A stretch of 63,288 nucleotides of DNA, the filler included, from Reclinomonas americana ATCC 50394 (Eukaryota): the NCBI GenBank assembly GCA_048213135.1. It is 15 parts of 15 records of this genome, joined end to end, with 100 filler letters (N's around TTAATTAATTAA, not from the genome) between each part and the next. Parts side by side here need not be neighbours in the genome. Positions count along the whole stretch, not along the records: positions 48,053 to 51,643 come from AFZH01024041.1; positions 51,744 to 63,288 come from AFZH01024042.1; 13 more parts are not named here. One strand, given 5' to 3'. Below are positions 48,200 to 60,342 of this stretch, in pieces (positions within the stretch are counted from its first letter, which is position 1; the number at the start of each line of letters is the position of its first letter). The notes under the pieces are model-generated. The model did not search any database, was not told where the DNA came from, and saw nothing but the letters and a program-made list of their open reading frames with translations. The translations under genes were made by a program, and so were the position numbers.

Positions 48200-48900
48200 A
48201 TTGAAGAGAGGGATGAAAGGAAACCTGGGGAGATCCGCCCTCAAGCGATGGTATGGCGAGATAATCAGAGACGAGCGGGACTCCTCCGCTTCTCTGTGAC
48301 AAGCTGAGAGTGCGAGAAGAAGAGAGGAATGAGACACCCACGATAATGATAGATACCAAGGACGACGTGAAAGGCGAAGTCAGCGCGAACACTGCCACAA
48401 ACAAGCAAGAGAAAGACGACGAACAGTGAGTTAGTGTGTGACCTCAAGAGAGGGATGAAAGGAAACCTGAAGAGATCCGCCCTCAAGCGATGGTATGGGG
48501 GTGATAATCAGACAAGAGCGGGAGACTGCTCCGCTTCTCTGTGACAAGATGAGAGTGCGAGAAGAAGAGAGAGGAATGAAGAGACACTCATGTAAGCGAG
48601 CGAAGTCAGCGCGAACACTGCCACAATTGCAAACAAGCAAGAGAAAGACGACGAACAGTGAGTTAGTGTGTGACCTCAAGAGAGGGATGAAAGGAAACCT
48701 GGGGAGATCCGCCCTCAAGCGATGGTATGGGGGAGATAATCAGAGAAGAGCGGGAGACTGCTCCGCTCTGTGACAAGATGAGAGTGCGAGAAGAAGAGAG
48801 AGGAATGAAGAGACGCTCATGTAAGTGAGCGAAGTCAGCGCGAACGCTGCCACAAACAAGCACGAGGAAGACGATGAACAGTGAGTTAGTGTGTGACCTC
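48200..48900. repeat. Tandem repeat, ~235-bp unit x3
   Basis: aagagagggatgaaaggaaacctg..agatccgccctcaagcgatggtatgg at ~48204, ~48446 and ~48678. Confidence 0.9.
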
Positions 48901-48996
48901 ATTCCCTCACACATTCATTGCAAACACTCATTCTTCCTCTCCCCTCTCTCTCTCTCACACACACACACGCATCGTGCACATTAACAACGCCCTCCC

Positions 48997-49152
48997 CTAC
49001 CACTCACACGTCATCGAGTCTGTTGTCGTCGATGTCGCTGTGCTCTCCGCACGCACAGAGGCGTTGGTCTCTCCAGCATAGTCGCCGGTGGTGTACTTGT
49101 ACTTTGACGTGCACATGTCGCCGACGACCACGGCAATGCCGGTGGGGTCCAT
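48997..49152 (-). CDS. Short Thr/Ser-rich peptide or exon (51 aa, MDPTGIAVVVGDMCTSKYKY..TDSMTCEW)
   Basis: GC3-rich, codon-like stretch in an otherwise non-coding region. Confidence 0.3.
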   Translation of the reverse strand: MDPTGIAVVVGDMCTSKYKYTTGDYAGETNASVRAESTATSTTTDSMTCEW

Positions 49153-50542
49153 GAAGCCTCGACGAAGAAGGAAGGGAGCAAACAGGTGACTAAACTGATT
49201 GATTGACTGCATGGAAGAGTGAACATGACACACAGAGACACCAGGATGTTTGGAACGACTTCGTTGTCGGGTGCGCAACAGTGCCAGGAGCTCAGCGATG
49301 TTAGAGAATACGTTGCAATTTGAAGTGCTGGCTTGGATCTCCAAGTGCGAACAGAAACGAGGTGCTAAGACGTAGAAGACGAGGAAAGGCGTACGGTGTA
49401 GAACCGCAGCCCAGTACCCGCGCGCACCGCTGTGCAGAGAGTTGATGGAAGGATGCACGAAGAGTGAAAGAAGGTGACGAAAGGAGCTGCATGACCAGAA
49501 CGGCCGTGCAGCGGCGGGTTGCGGTGAGGAAAGAGAGGAAACAAGCCTTGCAAAGCCGCGACAGCACGGCCACTCATACACAACGAGTGAAACGGAGAGT
49601 CAGGCAGCAGCAGTTGGGAGAGACGGAGACAACCACTGCAAAAGGAGTTGGAAGCAAGGCGTCGGAAGAGACTACAGAGGCGGAGACACGGCGAAGGAGG
49701 AATGGGTGCGACCACAGACAGAGATCACTGCTTTCTTGCAGCAGAACGTGTGCAGGAAGCCGTTATCGTGTCGCCGTCGCAGAGATGCACGGCAACCCAG
49801 GAAGAGATAGAGCGAAGTAAAACACAGGATCAAACAGCAGGCGACAATAGACAGAGACCACACAGCTTGCTGCGAGGCACAGCGAGGCACGAGTCCGAAA
49901 CAACGCAGAACGTGTGAAAGAAGCTGTTCTCGTGCAGCCGGTACAGAGACGAATGGAAGCACAAAGGAGTGAGACAGCAGCGGACGACAAGAGTGAGCAC
50001 GGCTTGCGGCGCGCCACGAGTCAGAAACAAACCAAAACGAGCTCGTGCAGCTGGCACAGAGACGGACGGAAACACAAAGGAGAGACGCAAGGTCAAACAG
50101 CAGCTGACGACGAGAGTGAGCACGGAGGCACGAGTCGCAAAACGAGTGAAACAAGCCGACCTCATGGACGCCATCCCAGGAACCGAGACGCGAAAACAAA
50201 GTGAGACACAGAGACAGACAGCAGCAAACAAGGTGACGGTGAGACACGGAGAACAAGTTCGACTCAGAAACAAGGCGTCGGAAGAGACGACAGCTCGCGA
50301 TCGCCCGACAAGCATGCGCAGAGACACAGCAAAGACGGAAAGACTGGAACACAGATCATATCAGACAGCAGAAAGGAGGGCATTCTCCGTCGCAGCAACC
50401 CACTGCAAAGCCTCTCACTGCCAAGACCGACGAGCATCCACTGGCGAACGGCGCTCACAAACTGGGTGGTGCTCATTGGTATCCTCCGTGCACGCGAGAG
50501 TGCAATGCCTTCATTGCGCTGAGAGAGTACACGTATGCATCA

Positions 50543-50677
50543 TCAGTAGCTCCCTCCGTTGGCATTCTGCGCCGTGTCAGGTGCCACATCCGCCGCCGCA
50601 GGCATCACATCGGCGACAGCAGCACTCGTGCTCGACACGGGCACTATCATTCCATCGGGCAGGATCAACACGTCCAT
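50543..50677 (-). CDS. Short peptide (44 aa, MDVLILPDGMIVPVSSTSAAVADVMPAAADVAPDTAQNANGGSY)
   Basis: ATG follows a CT-rich leader; N-terminus is similar to the ORF at 51270-51485. Confidence 0.45.
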   Translation of the reverse strand: MDVLILPDGMIVPVSSTSAAVADVMPAAADVAPDTAQNANGGSY

Positions 50678-51269
50678 GACTACGAGAGAGAGAAGGGAGA
50701 GAGAAAAGGGGGAGAAGGGGGAGAAGGGGGAGAAGGGGGAGAAGGGGGAGAAGGTGAGGTGAGTGCGAGAAGTTGTGTGCACAATGAGCGGTGGTGCTGT
50801 GCATGCCAGACACAAGCCAGCGAACAGTGTGTGCCCATGTGACTGTGTGTGTGTGAGCTGTGCGTGTGAGTCGCACCTTGTAAGTGCGTTCAAAACGGTG
50901 AGAACGATTGGTGGTGAGAGGCAACCAATAGAACAGACACCCGAGTGTTATGATACGAAGGCGAAGGCGAAGGTTGAAGCACTAATTATAAGGTGCAACG
51001 TGCAAACGCAGGTACCACGACGTTGCTGGTCAGTGTCGTTCTCGAGCTCATCATACGCTGCGAGAGATCTAGAGCTCGAGGCGCAGCACAAATCGCATCC
51101 CCGTTCAATCCTCCTCACAACGCCTGCTGCGGACACAAGTCTAGAGAGCGGAGCAGGCTTCTCCGGTTCACTCATTGTACATCACGCACAAGTGCACGAC
51201 CACCTTTCCCCGTTTCTGCCTCTCCTTTCGCAATGTACGGACAGACAGGTAACTGTATCTGCGGCGACT

Positions 51270-51485
51270 TTAGACGCATCCGCTGCTCGTCATCGCGCTG
51301 ACGGCGGTCAGTGGTGCGCACATGCAGCCGCTTGGTGCGGCACTTGCAACGCCCGTGGCCGCAGCGACCGAGTTGCTGGCCGGCGACGACAAGGTGTCGC
51401 ACTGTGCAGGCGACGCGTCGGCCATTGCCGCGCACATGCTGGAGAGGGGGATTTCGGAGCCGCCGGGAACGATGACGTAGTCCAT
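51270..51485 (-). CDS. Short Ala/Ser/Cys-rich peptide (71 aa, MDYVIVPGGSEIPLSSMCAAMADASPA..)
   Basis: Complete small ORF; probable paralogue of 50543-50677. Confidence 0.45.
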   Translation of the reverse strand: MDYVIVPGGSEIPLSSMCAAMADASPAQCDTLSSPASNSVAAATGVASAAPSGCMCAPLTAVSAMTSSGCV

Positions 51486-52216
51486 GGGTTGTGTGCTGTG
51501 AGCGCGAGGAGGAGAAGAAGGGAGAAGGAGGAGAGTGTGTGTGGTGCGAGAAATTAGACAATGGTGGTGTGTGTGTGTGTGGAGAGAGAGAGAGAGAGAG
51601 AGAAGAAGAAGAGAGGAGGAGAGGAGGAGAGAGGAGAGACGACNNNNNNNNNNNNNNNNNNNNNNNNNNNNNNNNNNNNNNNNNNNNTTAATTAATTAAN
51701 NNNNNNNNNNNNNNNNNNNNNNNNNNNNNNNNNNNNNNNNNNNTCGATCGCGAGCTGTAACCAGCGTCATGGTCATCGTCGCTGACGTAGCCGGAGCTTG
51801 ACTTGGAGCCCATGATGATGATGTGTTGTTGTGGTTGTTGTAAAAGTTAAGAAAGTATAGTGTTGGGGGGAAGTTGTGTGCTCTCTGCACGTTCTGCTAA
51901 ATGCTGAATGACAATGCAACACGCGGCTGGACGGCACATATAAATAGAGGTAGGAATGTGCAAAAATAACTGTGAGCGATTCGGCCATGAAAGTGACAAC
52001 TATTATCGCCCAACCACCTCTCACAAGCCACGGCAGTTGTGTGCGACATCTATTCCCGTGTGTACACGAGTCTTCACTAGCGACAGTCAACAACAACAAC
52101 AACAACAATGGCCTCCTTTAAAGCAAAAAGAAAATCAATAGAAACACTGACAAACAGGCGCGAAACTGACATACAGTGTGTTTGCATGCAAGAGATAGAC
52201 AGAGAAAGGAAGAGGG

Positions 52217-53228
52217 TCAGTGATGCTCACGGACATTGGTCTCGCCCTGCAACGCCTGCAGTGCCGCCTCCAATGCCGCATTCGCATCCTCAGTCACCAT
52301 GTGACTGACACCGAGTGCCCTCTCAGCCTGCTCTGCAGCCACTCGCAAATGCCGCACCGCCTCGGCTGCAGCAGACACTGTGAGACCAACGCGAGAAGAA
52401 AAAAACGAAACGACACGCACAATTCTTGCCCGAGAGGCACAGCATCTGGCCGAGTTCTATCTTCACACGCAGCGTCTTCTCCGACGTGTCGCCCTCGCGC
52501 TTCCTCGACGCCTCCAGCGCTCTACACGACGAAACCAAGGTAAGAACTCCGTCGCACCTGCGCCTCGCAACGCGGATCGCACGCGCACCTCGCCATCATC
52601 TCCTCGGCCTGATCAAACAAAAACTGCGCGGCAAACGCTCGCCCCAGCTCCAACACTGCCGATCGTCAGTTGCGCGTGGTACGTACGATGTTGCGAAAGC
52701 ACGACGCACAGACGCACCAGTGGCAATGACTTTCGGATCGTTGGCATTCAACACCGACTCACGCGTGACGAGACACTCGCGCAGCTTGTGCTCCGCCTCC
52801 TCCGCGTGCCCTGTAGCACACCACGATCGATCCATTCAATGACATACGTAACAGAAACGCATCATATCATGACAGTCGATCCACCACACCTGCTCTCCGC
52901 AACGCCACGCCCAGATCATGCAACGCCTGCAGCGTCTCCTCGTGATACCCTCCATGCACCTTTGTTCTCACCTCCACAGTCTCCCGCCTGCATTCATTCA
53001 CGTCACGCACGTGTTTGACAGACAGCGATTGACAACAACACAAAGAAGACGCAACGCCATTCTGACTTCCTCTTCCAGTCGCGCCTACATACGTCACACA
53101 AGAGACAGAGAGAGAGAGCTCAAACACGAGCGCGCGAAATGTGACATACACAAAGAGGCGATCGCAACCTTTTCAATGGCAAACGCATCGTCGGTGCGTG
53201 AGTACTTTCGACTGTGTGCACACCCCAT
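52217..53228 (-). CDS. TPR-repeat protein (kinesin-light-chain-like repeats) with MGC N-terminus (possible myristoylation/palmitoylation)
   Basis: MGCAHSRK; KVHGGYHEETLQALHDLGVAL; EEAEHKLRECLVTRESVLNANDP; ALEASRKREGDTSEKTLRVKIELG; AERALGVSH. Confidence 0.7.
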
Positions 53229-53389
53229 TCGCTTACAAACGCGCGCACACACACGAGAAAACGATGATGATTCGATCACTCTGATGCAATCAATCGATCA
53301 CTCATTCCTTCGCCTTCTCCCAACGCGCACTTCCTTCCTTCCTCTTCACTTCACTTCACTAGTCACTGCCCACCAGTCACACACAAAAC

Positions 53390-54978
53390 ATGGCGATCCG
53401 TTGCGCTGCGCTCTCCCACTCGTCACTCACTGTCTCACTCTATCTCACTGTTCACTCTCACACAGGTGCACAGTTTGAAAACAGCAGCGAGATTGGCGTC
53501 TTCTCCAAGCTCACCAATGCCTACTGCCTCGGTACTGTCTCAGCAAGAGAGAGCGAGAGAAAGTGTGTGTGTGTGTGCACATGAGCGGCACATCACGCTC
53601 ACTCTTCTCTTCTTTGTGTGTGTGTGTGTGTGTGTGCAGTCGGACTGACGAGCTCGGCCAACTTTTACTCCATCTTCGAGGCGGAGCTGGCGGAACACAT
53701 TCCCGTGGTCTACGCCACCATTCACGGAACAAAGATCATTGGTCGTCTGTGTGTGGGTGCGTTCTCTCTCTCCACTCAACCCTCTCTCCGTCCCTCCACT
53801 CTCTCCGCACACACATATACAACTGCTTGCATCTCCACTCCAGCGACTGACATTGCAATGTCCGTGGTGGTGTTATTTTTGGCTCTCTCTCTCTCTGCAG
53901 GAAACAAGCATGGTTTGGTGGTGCCGAGCACGACCACCGATCAGGAGCTGTTGCATTTGCGTAACTCGCTGCCGGACTCGGTCGTCGTGCAGCGAGTCGA
54001 GGATCGATTGTCGGCACTGGGAAACTGCGTGGCGGCCAATGATCATGTGGCCCTGATTCACCACGAGCTCGATCGGGTGTGTGTTTGGGAATGCCGATGT
54101 GCAGTTCAGCAGCTCCAGAGATGTGGTGATGAAGCCTCATCGTTCACTGTCTCCGATACCTCCTGTGCATCATCCTTGTTCTCCCCCTTCACCGTCTCAT
54201 TCTTCTTCTTGCTTCTGCTACTTCTTCTTCCTCTCCTCCTCCTTCTTCGTCTTCTTCTTCTCTTTCCTCTTCTTCCTCTCCTTCCTCTCTTTCTCCTGCT
54301 TCTTCTTCTTCTTCTCCTTCTCCTGCTTCTTCTCCACTCTGCCATCATCCTCCCTCACTCATTTCCTCCTCTTCCTTCGTCTTCTTCTTCTCCTTCTCCT
54401 GTTTCTTCTTCTCCTCTTTGTCGTCGTCGTCGTCGTCCTCCTCCTCCTCCTCCCTCCTCCCTCCTCCCTCCCCCTTCTCCCTCCCCCTCCTCCTCCTCCT
54501 TCTTTCGCCTACTCACTCACTCCTCCTCCACCCTGCAGGAAACCGAGGAAATCATTGCCGACACACTGCGTGTGGAGACCTTCCGCCGTGACATTGCCGG
54601 CAACGCGCTGGTGGGATCGTACTGCGCATTCACCAACAATGGCGGCATGGTGCACCCGAAGACACCGGTGGCCGAGCAGGACGAGTTGAGCCAGATGCTG
54701 CAGGTGCCGCTGGTGGCCGGCACGGTCAACCGAGGTAGCGATGTGCTCGGTGCCGGCATGGTGGTCAATGGTTTGGTGCCTTGCTATCTTCGCTTCACCA
54801 CTTTGGTCTTCACTCACTCACATCAACGCACACGACGGCAGACTGGTGCGCCTTCTGTGGTGTGGACACGACGTCGACGGAGATTTCGGTGATTGAGAGC
54901 ATCTTCAAGCTGCGCGACGCCAAGCCGCAGGCGATTGCGACGAGAATGCGCGACGCCCTCATTGACACGCTGACGTAA
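53390..54978 (+). CDS. EIF6: Eukaryotic translation initiation factor 6
   Basis: [93 protein letters not shown]. Confidence 0.97.
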
Positions 54979-55111
54979 TGAGGTTGGACACGCGCGGTCT
55001 GCGACAACGCATAGTAATGTTTGTTAGATGGGGCGCTGCGATTGTGCGGTGTTTGTATTGCGCAGTTAATGTGTTGAATGACGAATGGGGGCGGTGGGAA
55101 GGGGTGGTCCA

Positions 55112-56553
55112 TTAGAGCGACGCCGACGGTAGTTCGCTGGGATGACCGTCGTTGACGGCGACCCAGCCGTCGCCCGTAAAGGTGACCTCGTCGACCAGCA
55201 GCTGGCGCGGGTGGCCGCCGCCCATTTGATTTTGGCGCCTGCGCGCGTGATCAGTGGTGGTGAGCGTGGACGAGGTGTCAGGGGGATAGGGGGAGGCGCG
55301 CACCAGGCGTGATAGATCATGAAGTAGTCGCCGTCCTTTTGCACCACACTGCAGTGGCCGGGTCCCTGGAACAGGCCCATCATTGGCTGTGTGCGCGTCG
55401 ACAGAATGGGATCGCCGCGTTTTACGTAGGGGCCCGTGACGGCTGACTGTGCTGTCAGCAAAGACGACACCGCAACGGGGAAGAGGAGGGGGGTGGACGC
55501 AACAAGAGGCACGAGCGACACCGACGGCGTACGACATGTCGGCGTATCCCGAGCCGCTGTAGAACAAGTAGCTGTGTGCGTGCGTGCGTATACAAGCGTC
55601 AGCGACGGAATGCAGTGGACGGGGGGAAAGAGCACGCCCGCTCGCAACTAGTAGCTGCCATGCGGCACAATCCACGGTCCCTCAACGACTCCGTGCTCCC
55701 ACGACAGATCACTCTGCATCACACCACAGAGTAAGAACAAGAACAGCAAAAATTCTCCTTTGCCTCTTTTGCCGCACCTGAATGAGCGGCTTCATCTGCG
55801 TGCCTGCGACAAAGGAGAGACCGTTGGCCACCAGCGGCTGGATGTAGATGACCGAGGGCTTCTGCGGCCGTGCACCGTTGCCGTCGGACTTGAAGATGAG
55901 GTAGTTCTGACCCTTGTCTTGGATGAACGAGGCGTCGATGAAGCTGCGCGCATCACCTGGTCAACACTCCGCATGGAGGAGACAACCCGAGGAGGCACTA
56001 CGACGCAACCCCATGGTCGTGTTGTGGATCAGCGGATGGCCAATGTCCACGTACGGTCCCAGGGGCGACAAGCTGTTGGATCGCGCTGTACCGACACACA
56101 GCACACCATCCTGCTTGTTGCGCGCGGTAAAGTACACCACGTACTGGCCCGGCGAGGGCGAGTGGATCTCCGGAGCCCAAAAGTCGCCACTGGCCCACGC
56201 CGGCAACTGCACGGGGCCGTCGACACTGGGGAACACGAATCCCTTGTGCTCCCAGTGCACAAGGTCGGTGGAGACCAAGATCGGGAAAATGTCGGGACCG
56301 GCGCCCGAGAGGTTGCTGGTGGTCACGGCGTAGAACACACCGTTGACGTTGATCACACCGGGGTCGGGACTATTCTCGATAAACACCTGCACCGGAAGGA
56401 GAGAGAGAGTGTGAGTGTGAGTCTGTTGTCAATGCGTGCATGTGCATTGTTGTGACAACGCACGGGGTTGGTGAAGACGCCATGTGCAACGAGTGGCAGT
56501 GTGCACATGCAGAGTGTGATGGCGGCCACCACAAGCAGGCCACGTGAGTTCAT
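55112..56553 (-). CDS. Secreted glycoside hydrolase family 43 (arabinanase/xylosidase-like), multi-exon
   Basis: Signal peptide MNSRGLLVVAAITLCMC..; NP|VFIENSPDPGV; STDLVHW; FWAPEI; LFYSGSGY; GPGHCSV; IYHAW; RQLLVDEVTF. Confidence 0.88.
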
Positions 56554-56632
56554 TGCTCTCTCTCTCTCTTGATTCAATAAAAGCGAACTGAACACAAGAT
56601 GGACTGACGCGATGAATTCATCATTGTTGGTC

Positions 56633-58250
56633 TCACAAAAACAATCTGAGCGCTGACAAGAAAGAGGAGTGATGTGAGGCACTAAAGCACCACACAGCAG
56701 CCACCCTTGGACTCTTCTGGCCCTGGCGACGGTGCACTGTCGGCTTGTGCCGACCGCAGAGCAGCTGTTGTTGTTGGAGGAGTGAGCGACTGTCATGCAC
56801 AACTGTGGCATTCATGGCGACGCAACTTGTGCTCGGTGGTGTCATGGGCTCGGTGTGTGTTACGGGGACAGTCAGTGTGCTGGGTGAGAGAGGCATGGAG
56901 ACGGGTCGGGCGCTCGCTGTGGAGCTTGGTCGACTGTCGGAGCCAGCCGCCGATGATTCTGGGTGCACGAAAAATAATCAGACAACATGCAGACACATCA
57001 TGAACCACACGCGCGTGCGCACACACCTCCAGGATATGAAAGTCGCGAAGGTTCTCGTGGATCTTGCCGTTGTCGCACATTGGCCTCGAATTGTGCTACC
57101 GGGGTGAGGGATGAGCAACAGAGATGCATTCGGAATGGCGTGTAAAGGAGTCACACACACCCTGTGCTTCCCGCAGCACGGCTGCCTCGTCCACGGGTCT
57201 CTTGAACGTCTGCTCCTCTTCCGGAGTCAACCCTGCAAACAGTCGGTGCCGGTGAGCGATGCCGTCAACGGGAGGAATCGAAAGAGGGACAGACAGACCT
57301 TCGCTGAGATACCGACTGATGATGGCCTTGATGGGGCGATCCTTTGGACACAAATCTAGTACACTGGAGAGCTCCGCCGTCGCCATTGCTCCATGTGCGA
57401 TCAGCATGCCCACAATCTGCACGCGGATCGTCGTCAGTCACAACAATCTCAATGACAGACGCGCACGAAACGCAACATTCGGATGCCCCCATCGCACGGC
57501 CTTGTACAGTGGCGATCGTTTTTGGCGATCAGGAAACGCAACCTGCCACCACACAACAACAATCACCGTCACCACCAAATCACGCCCTCCGACACACTCT
57601 GGCGACCACGCAACATCCGCGCCATGCTCAATCAGCAGCTTGACAGTCGACTCACGCCCCTCGGTCACCGCCAAGTGCAACGGCGACAGCTGATTGCTGT
57701 TCTTGGTCGCCAGATTCACCTAACGCACAGACGACGACCACGCATAAGCAGTCGTCCACTCGCTGCGCTCAACAGTACGCTGTGTGCGCAACATCAACTC
57801 CATGCTTGAGCAACTCCAACAGCACTCCATTCGTTCCACTATTCGCTGCATGATGCACCGCTGGCGCACAAGGAGGAGAACGTTAGAGGAAGGCCATGAC
57901 ACGTACAGAGGAAGAGAGAGAGAGAGCAGAGCGAACCAGCCCATCCGCTCTTGTCAAACGCGCTGACCTGTGGCCACGAATGAGTGTGAGGACAGAGACA
58001 GAGAGAGGGAAGAGTGGAGTGGAGCGCAACATTGATGCCGCGCTGTAACAACAACTGTGTGCTCACAACGTCACCGGTCTGCGCGGCCAAGTGCAACGCA
58101 TTGCGCTTGCTCTGCTCATCGACCACATCCACATCTCCCGCTTGCGCCGACTCCAGCAGCGTACGCACGTCCCCGTTGCGTCCCATGAACACCGCCTGCA
58201 ACAGCGTCGGCCTTCGCGAGTGCCGCGGATCACTGCCAGGAACGGCCGCT
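56633..58250 (-). CDS. Ankyrin-repeat protein with low-complexity C-terminus (ends approximate)
   Basis: NALHLAAQTGDVVSTQLLLQRGINV; SPLHLAVTEGRESTVKLLIEHGADV; SPLYKAVRWGHPN|IVGMLIAHGA. Confidence 0.8.
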
Positions 58251-58358
58251 GAAGAGAGAGAGAAGAGAGAGATCGCGCCATGTCAGTCGCACACACACAC
58301 ACACACGTGCGCTTGTCGGCATTGTGCGCTTTCTTGCTCTCTGTGTGTGTGCGTGTGA

Positions 58359-60272
58359 ATGCCTCACCCATGCTCTGTCTTGCTGCTTTGCGTGCGTGTG
58401 TGTGTGAGTTGCGAAATGCTCGCGAGTGGGTGACTGTCACAGTCATTGTCGGAGATCATCGCGCGCGCAATCATGATTCACATGCAGACGTTTCTGCTGT
58501 GTTTCCTCTGCTTAGGGTACCCGTGTGCACGCGCCGCACTCGCGCTCTTGCCTTGTCCTCACACACACACACACTCTCGCACACACACAGGATTTCCGGC
58601 TCATTGTTCATCCTTGTCAGCTATGTGGCGATGCACTGCTGTCTGCGGATACCCAAGCGCAAGGCCTCTGTGTCGCCTGTGGTGTTCTCATTAGCCATGT
58701 GCGACTTTCTCTCCGCAGTCAAGTTCGTGCTGTTGTGCTGCTGCTGCTGAAAGGCGCCTTTTGAGCGTGATCATCATATGTGTGTGTCTATTAGTTGGAT
58801 TCTGCAGGCGAGCTTCCGGGAGAGTTGTGTTGAGTTTGGATACGCGTCGGTGTTCTTCTCGATGAGTTCGTTCTTCTGGAGCTTGTCGGTGGCCATTGCG
58901 ATTTACCGCGCAGTGGTGCTGCGCTCGGTGATCTCCGGCGCCTGGCTCATCTACTATCATGTGATGAGCTGGGGAGTGCCGGGTGTGTTCATGGTGTCGC
59001 TCATTGGGACGCGGAGAATCGAGCACAGCACGGAGGGTGAGCAGTCACAGTCGCCGCTGTTGTCTATTCTGTCTCTCACTCGTGCGAGCAGGCTGCTGGT
59101 TCCCGACCAACGACATCGGGCAGCTGGCGTACTGGGTTGCGTTCACTCTCCTACCCCCACAGACTCGTGTGCAGTGTCTCACTTGTAGTGCAGATTTTGC
59201 CGCTGGTGGGCGCGTGGGTCGCTGCGCTGGCGTTCTACTCGCTGACACTGGCGTTTGTGCGGCGCACATCGCTGCGACGCTCTGTGCGCTCCATCAACGT
59301 CCGCCTCTTGCTCTACGCGCTGGTGTTCTTGCCGACGGTGCGTACGTTGTCGTCTTCCGTCGGTCGTCCCTGTTGTCTCACGCGCGCGTGACCTGACAGA
59401 CACTCCCCGATATCACCGTGTCCACGCTCGCCGTGTTTGATGTGTACGCACCACGGTGGGTACGCGACGTGACAGTGTGTCTGGTGGCCTCGCGCGGGTT
59501 TGTTGCCTTCTCCCACATGCGTGTCTTGTGTGTGCGCGAAGTATTCTCACGCACTCGATTCGCAGCTTCTTCAACGGTGTCGTGTTTGCCTTCAACGTGG
59601 ACTCGGAGGGACGCATCAGTGCGTCTCCGTTCTCCTCGCGTTCAATCCACTCGTCCTCACTCTCCTGTCTTGTGTGCAGTGCGCAGCGTTCGTCGGTTCT
59701 TCGCCTGCTGGTGCTTGCGGAGAGAAAAGTACAAGCTGTACGGTGGACGAAGCGCCGGTTGTTGCGCGATTCTGTGCACCGAGCCGTCTGAATTCGGCGG
59801 TGCTGTGCCACTGATCGCGGAGAAGCCGCACGGTAACCACCCTCCGGGAACCCCGGTGTCCTCGCTGTCGCCGGCCCAGTCGGCCACGGCGTCGGGACGC
59901 CAGATTCCGTCAGTGCCTCCGCGATCGGTGCTCAGTGGTGGTGGCCAGTACGACGCACTGCCGCCACCTGCGTCGCCGCGCTTTGTTTCCTCGTGGGAGA
60001 GCCAGCATCACCTGTCACGGTCGCATTCGGTGGCGTCGAACAGTCCGGGTCATCGTGGCAGCATTGTCGGCACGGTCATTCGCATGCCGTCCCAGTTTGC
60101 GCCCACGCCCACCACTCGAGCCTCTGTCATCAACGTCGGCGGCGTCAGTGCCGCCTCCTCCAGTGTTGTGACGCCCTCTTCGTCTTTCGGCGGCGCCCAC
60201 GCGGCACTCGAGGAGCGGAGACCACTCGCAGAGGATGACGAGGAGACAGGGACCAGTGTGCATAGCACGTAG
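58359..60272 (+). CDS. GPCR of the GCR1/cAMP-receptor-like family (multi-exon; start approximate)
   Basis: SGSLFILVSY; VFSLAMCDF; C..GYASVFFSMSSFFWSLSVAIAIY; YYHVMSWGVP; GCW; RLLLYALVF; SRG|FFNGVVFAFN; Ser/Pro-rich tail. Confidence 0.82.
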
Positions 60273-60342
60273 GAGCTTTTTTGTGTTGAATGTATCATAA
60301 TGGATTGTCTTGCCGCCGTCCCACCGCAGCGCACTCACAACA

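Noticed and set aside
58416..58445. ATG CTC GCG AGT GGG TGA in frame with the GPCR N-terminus, as possible read-through
   Set aside because: Better explained as lying inside a GTGCGT..CACAG intron; no SECIS evidence.
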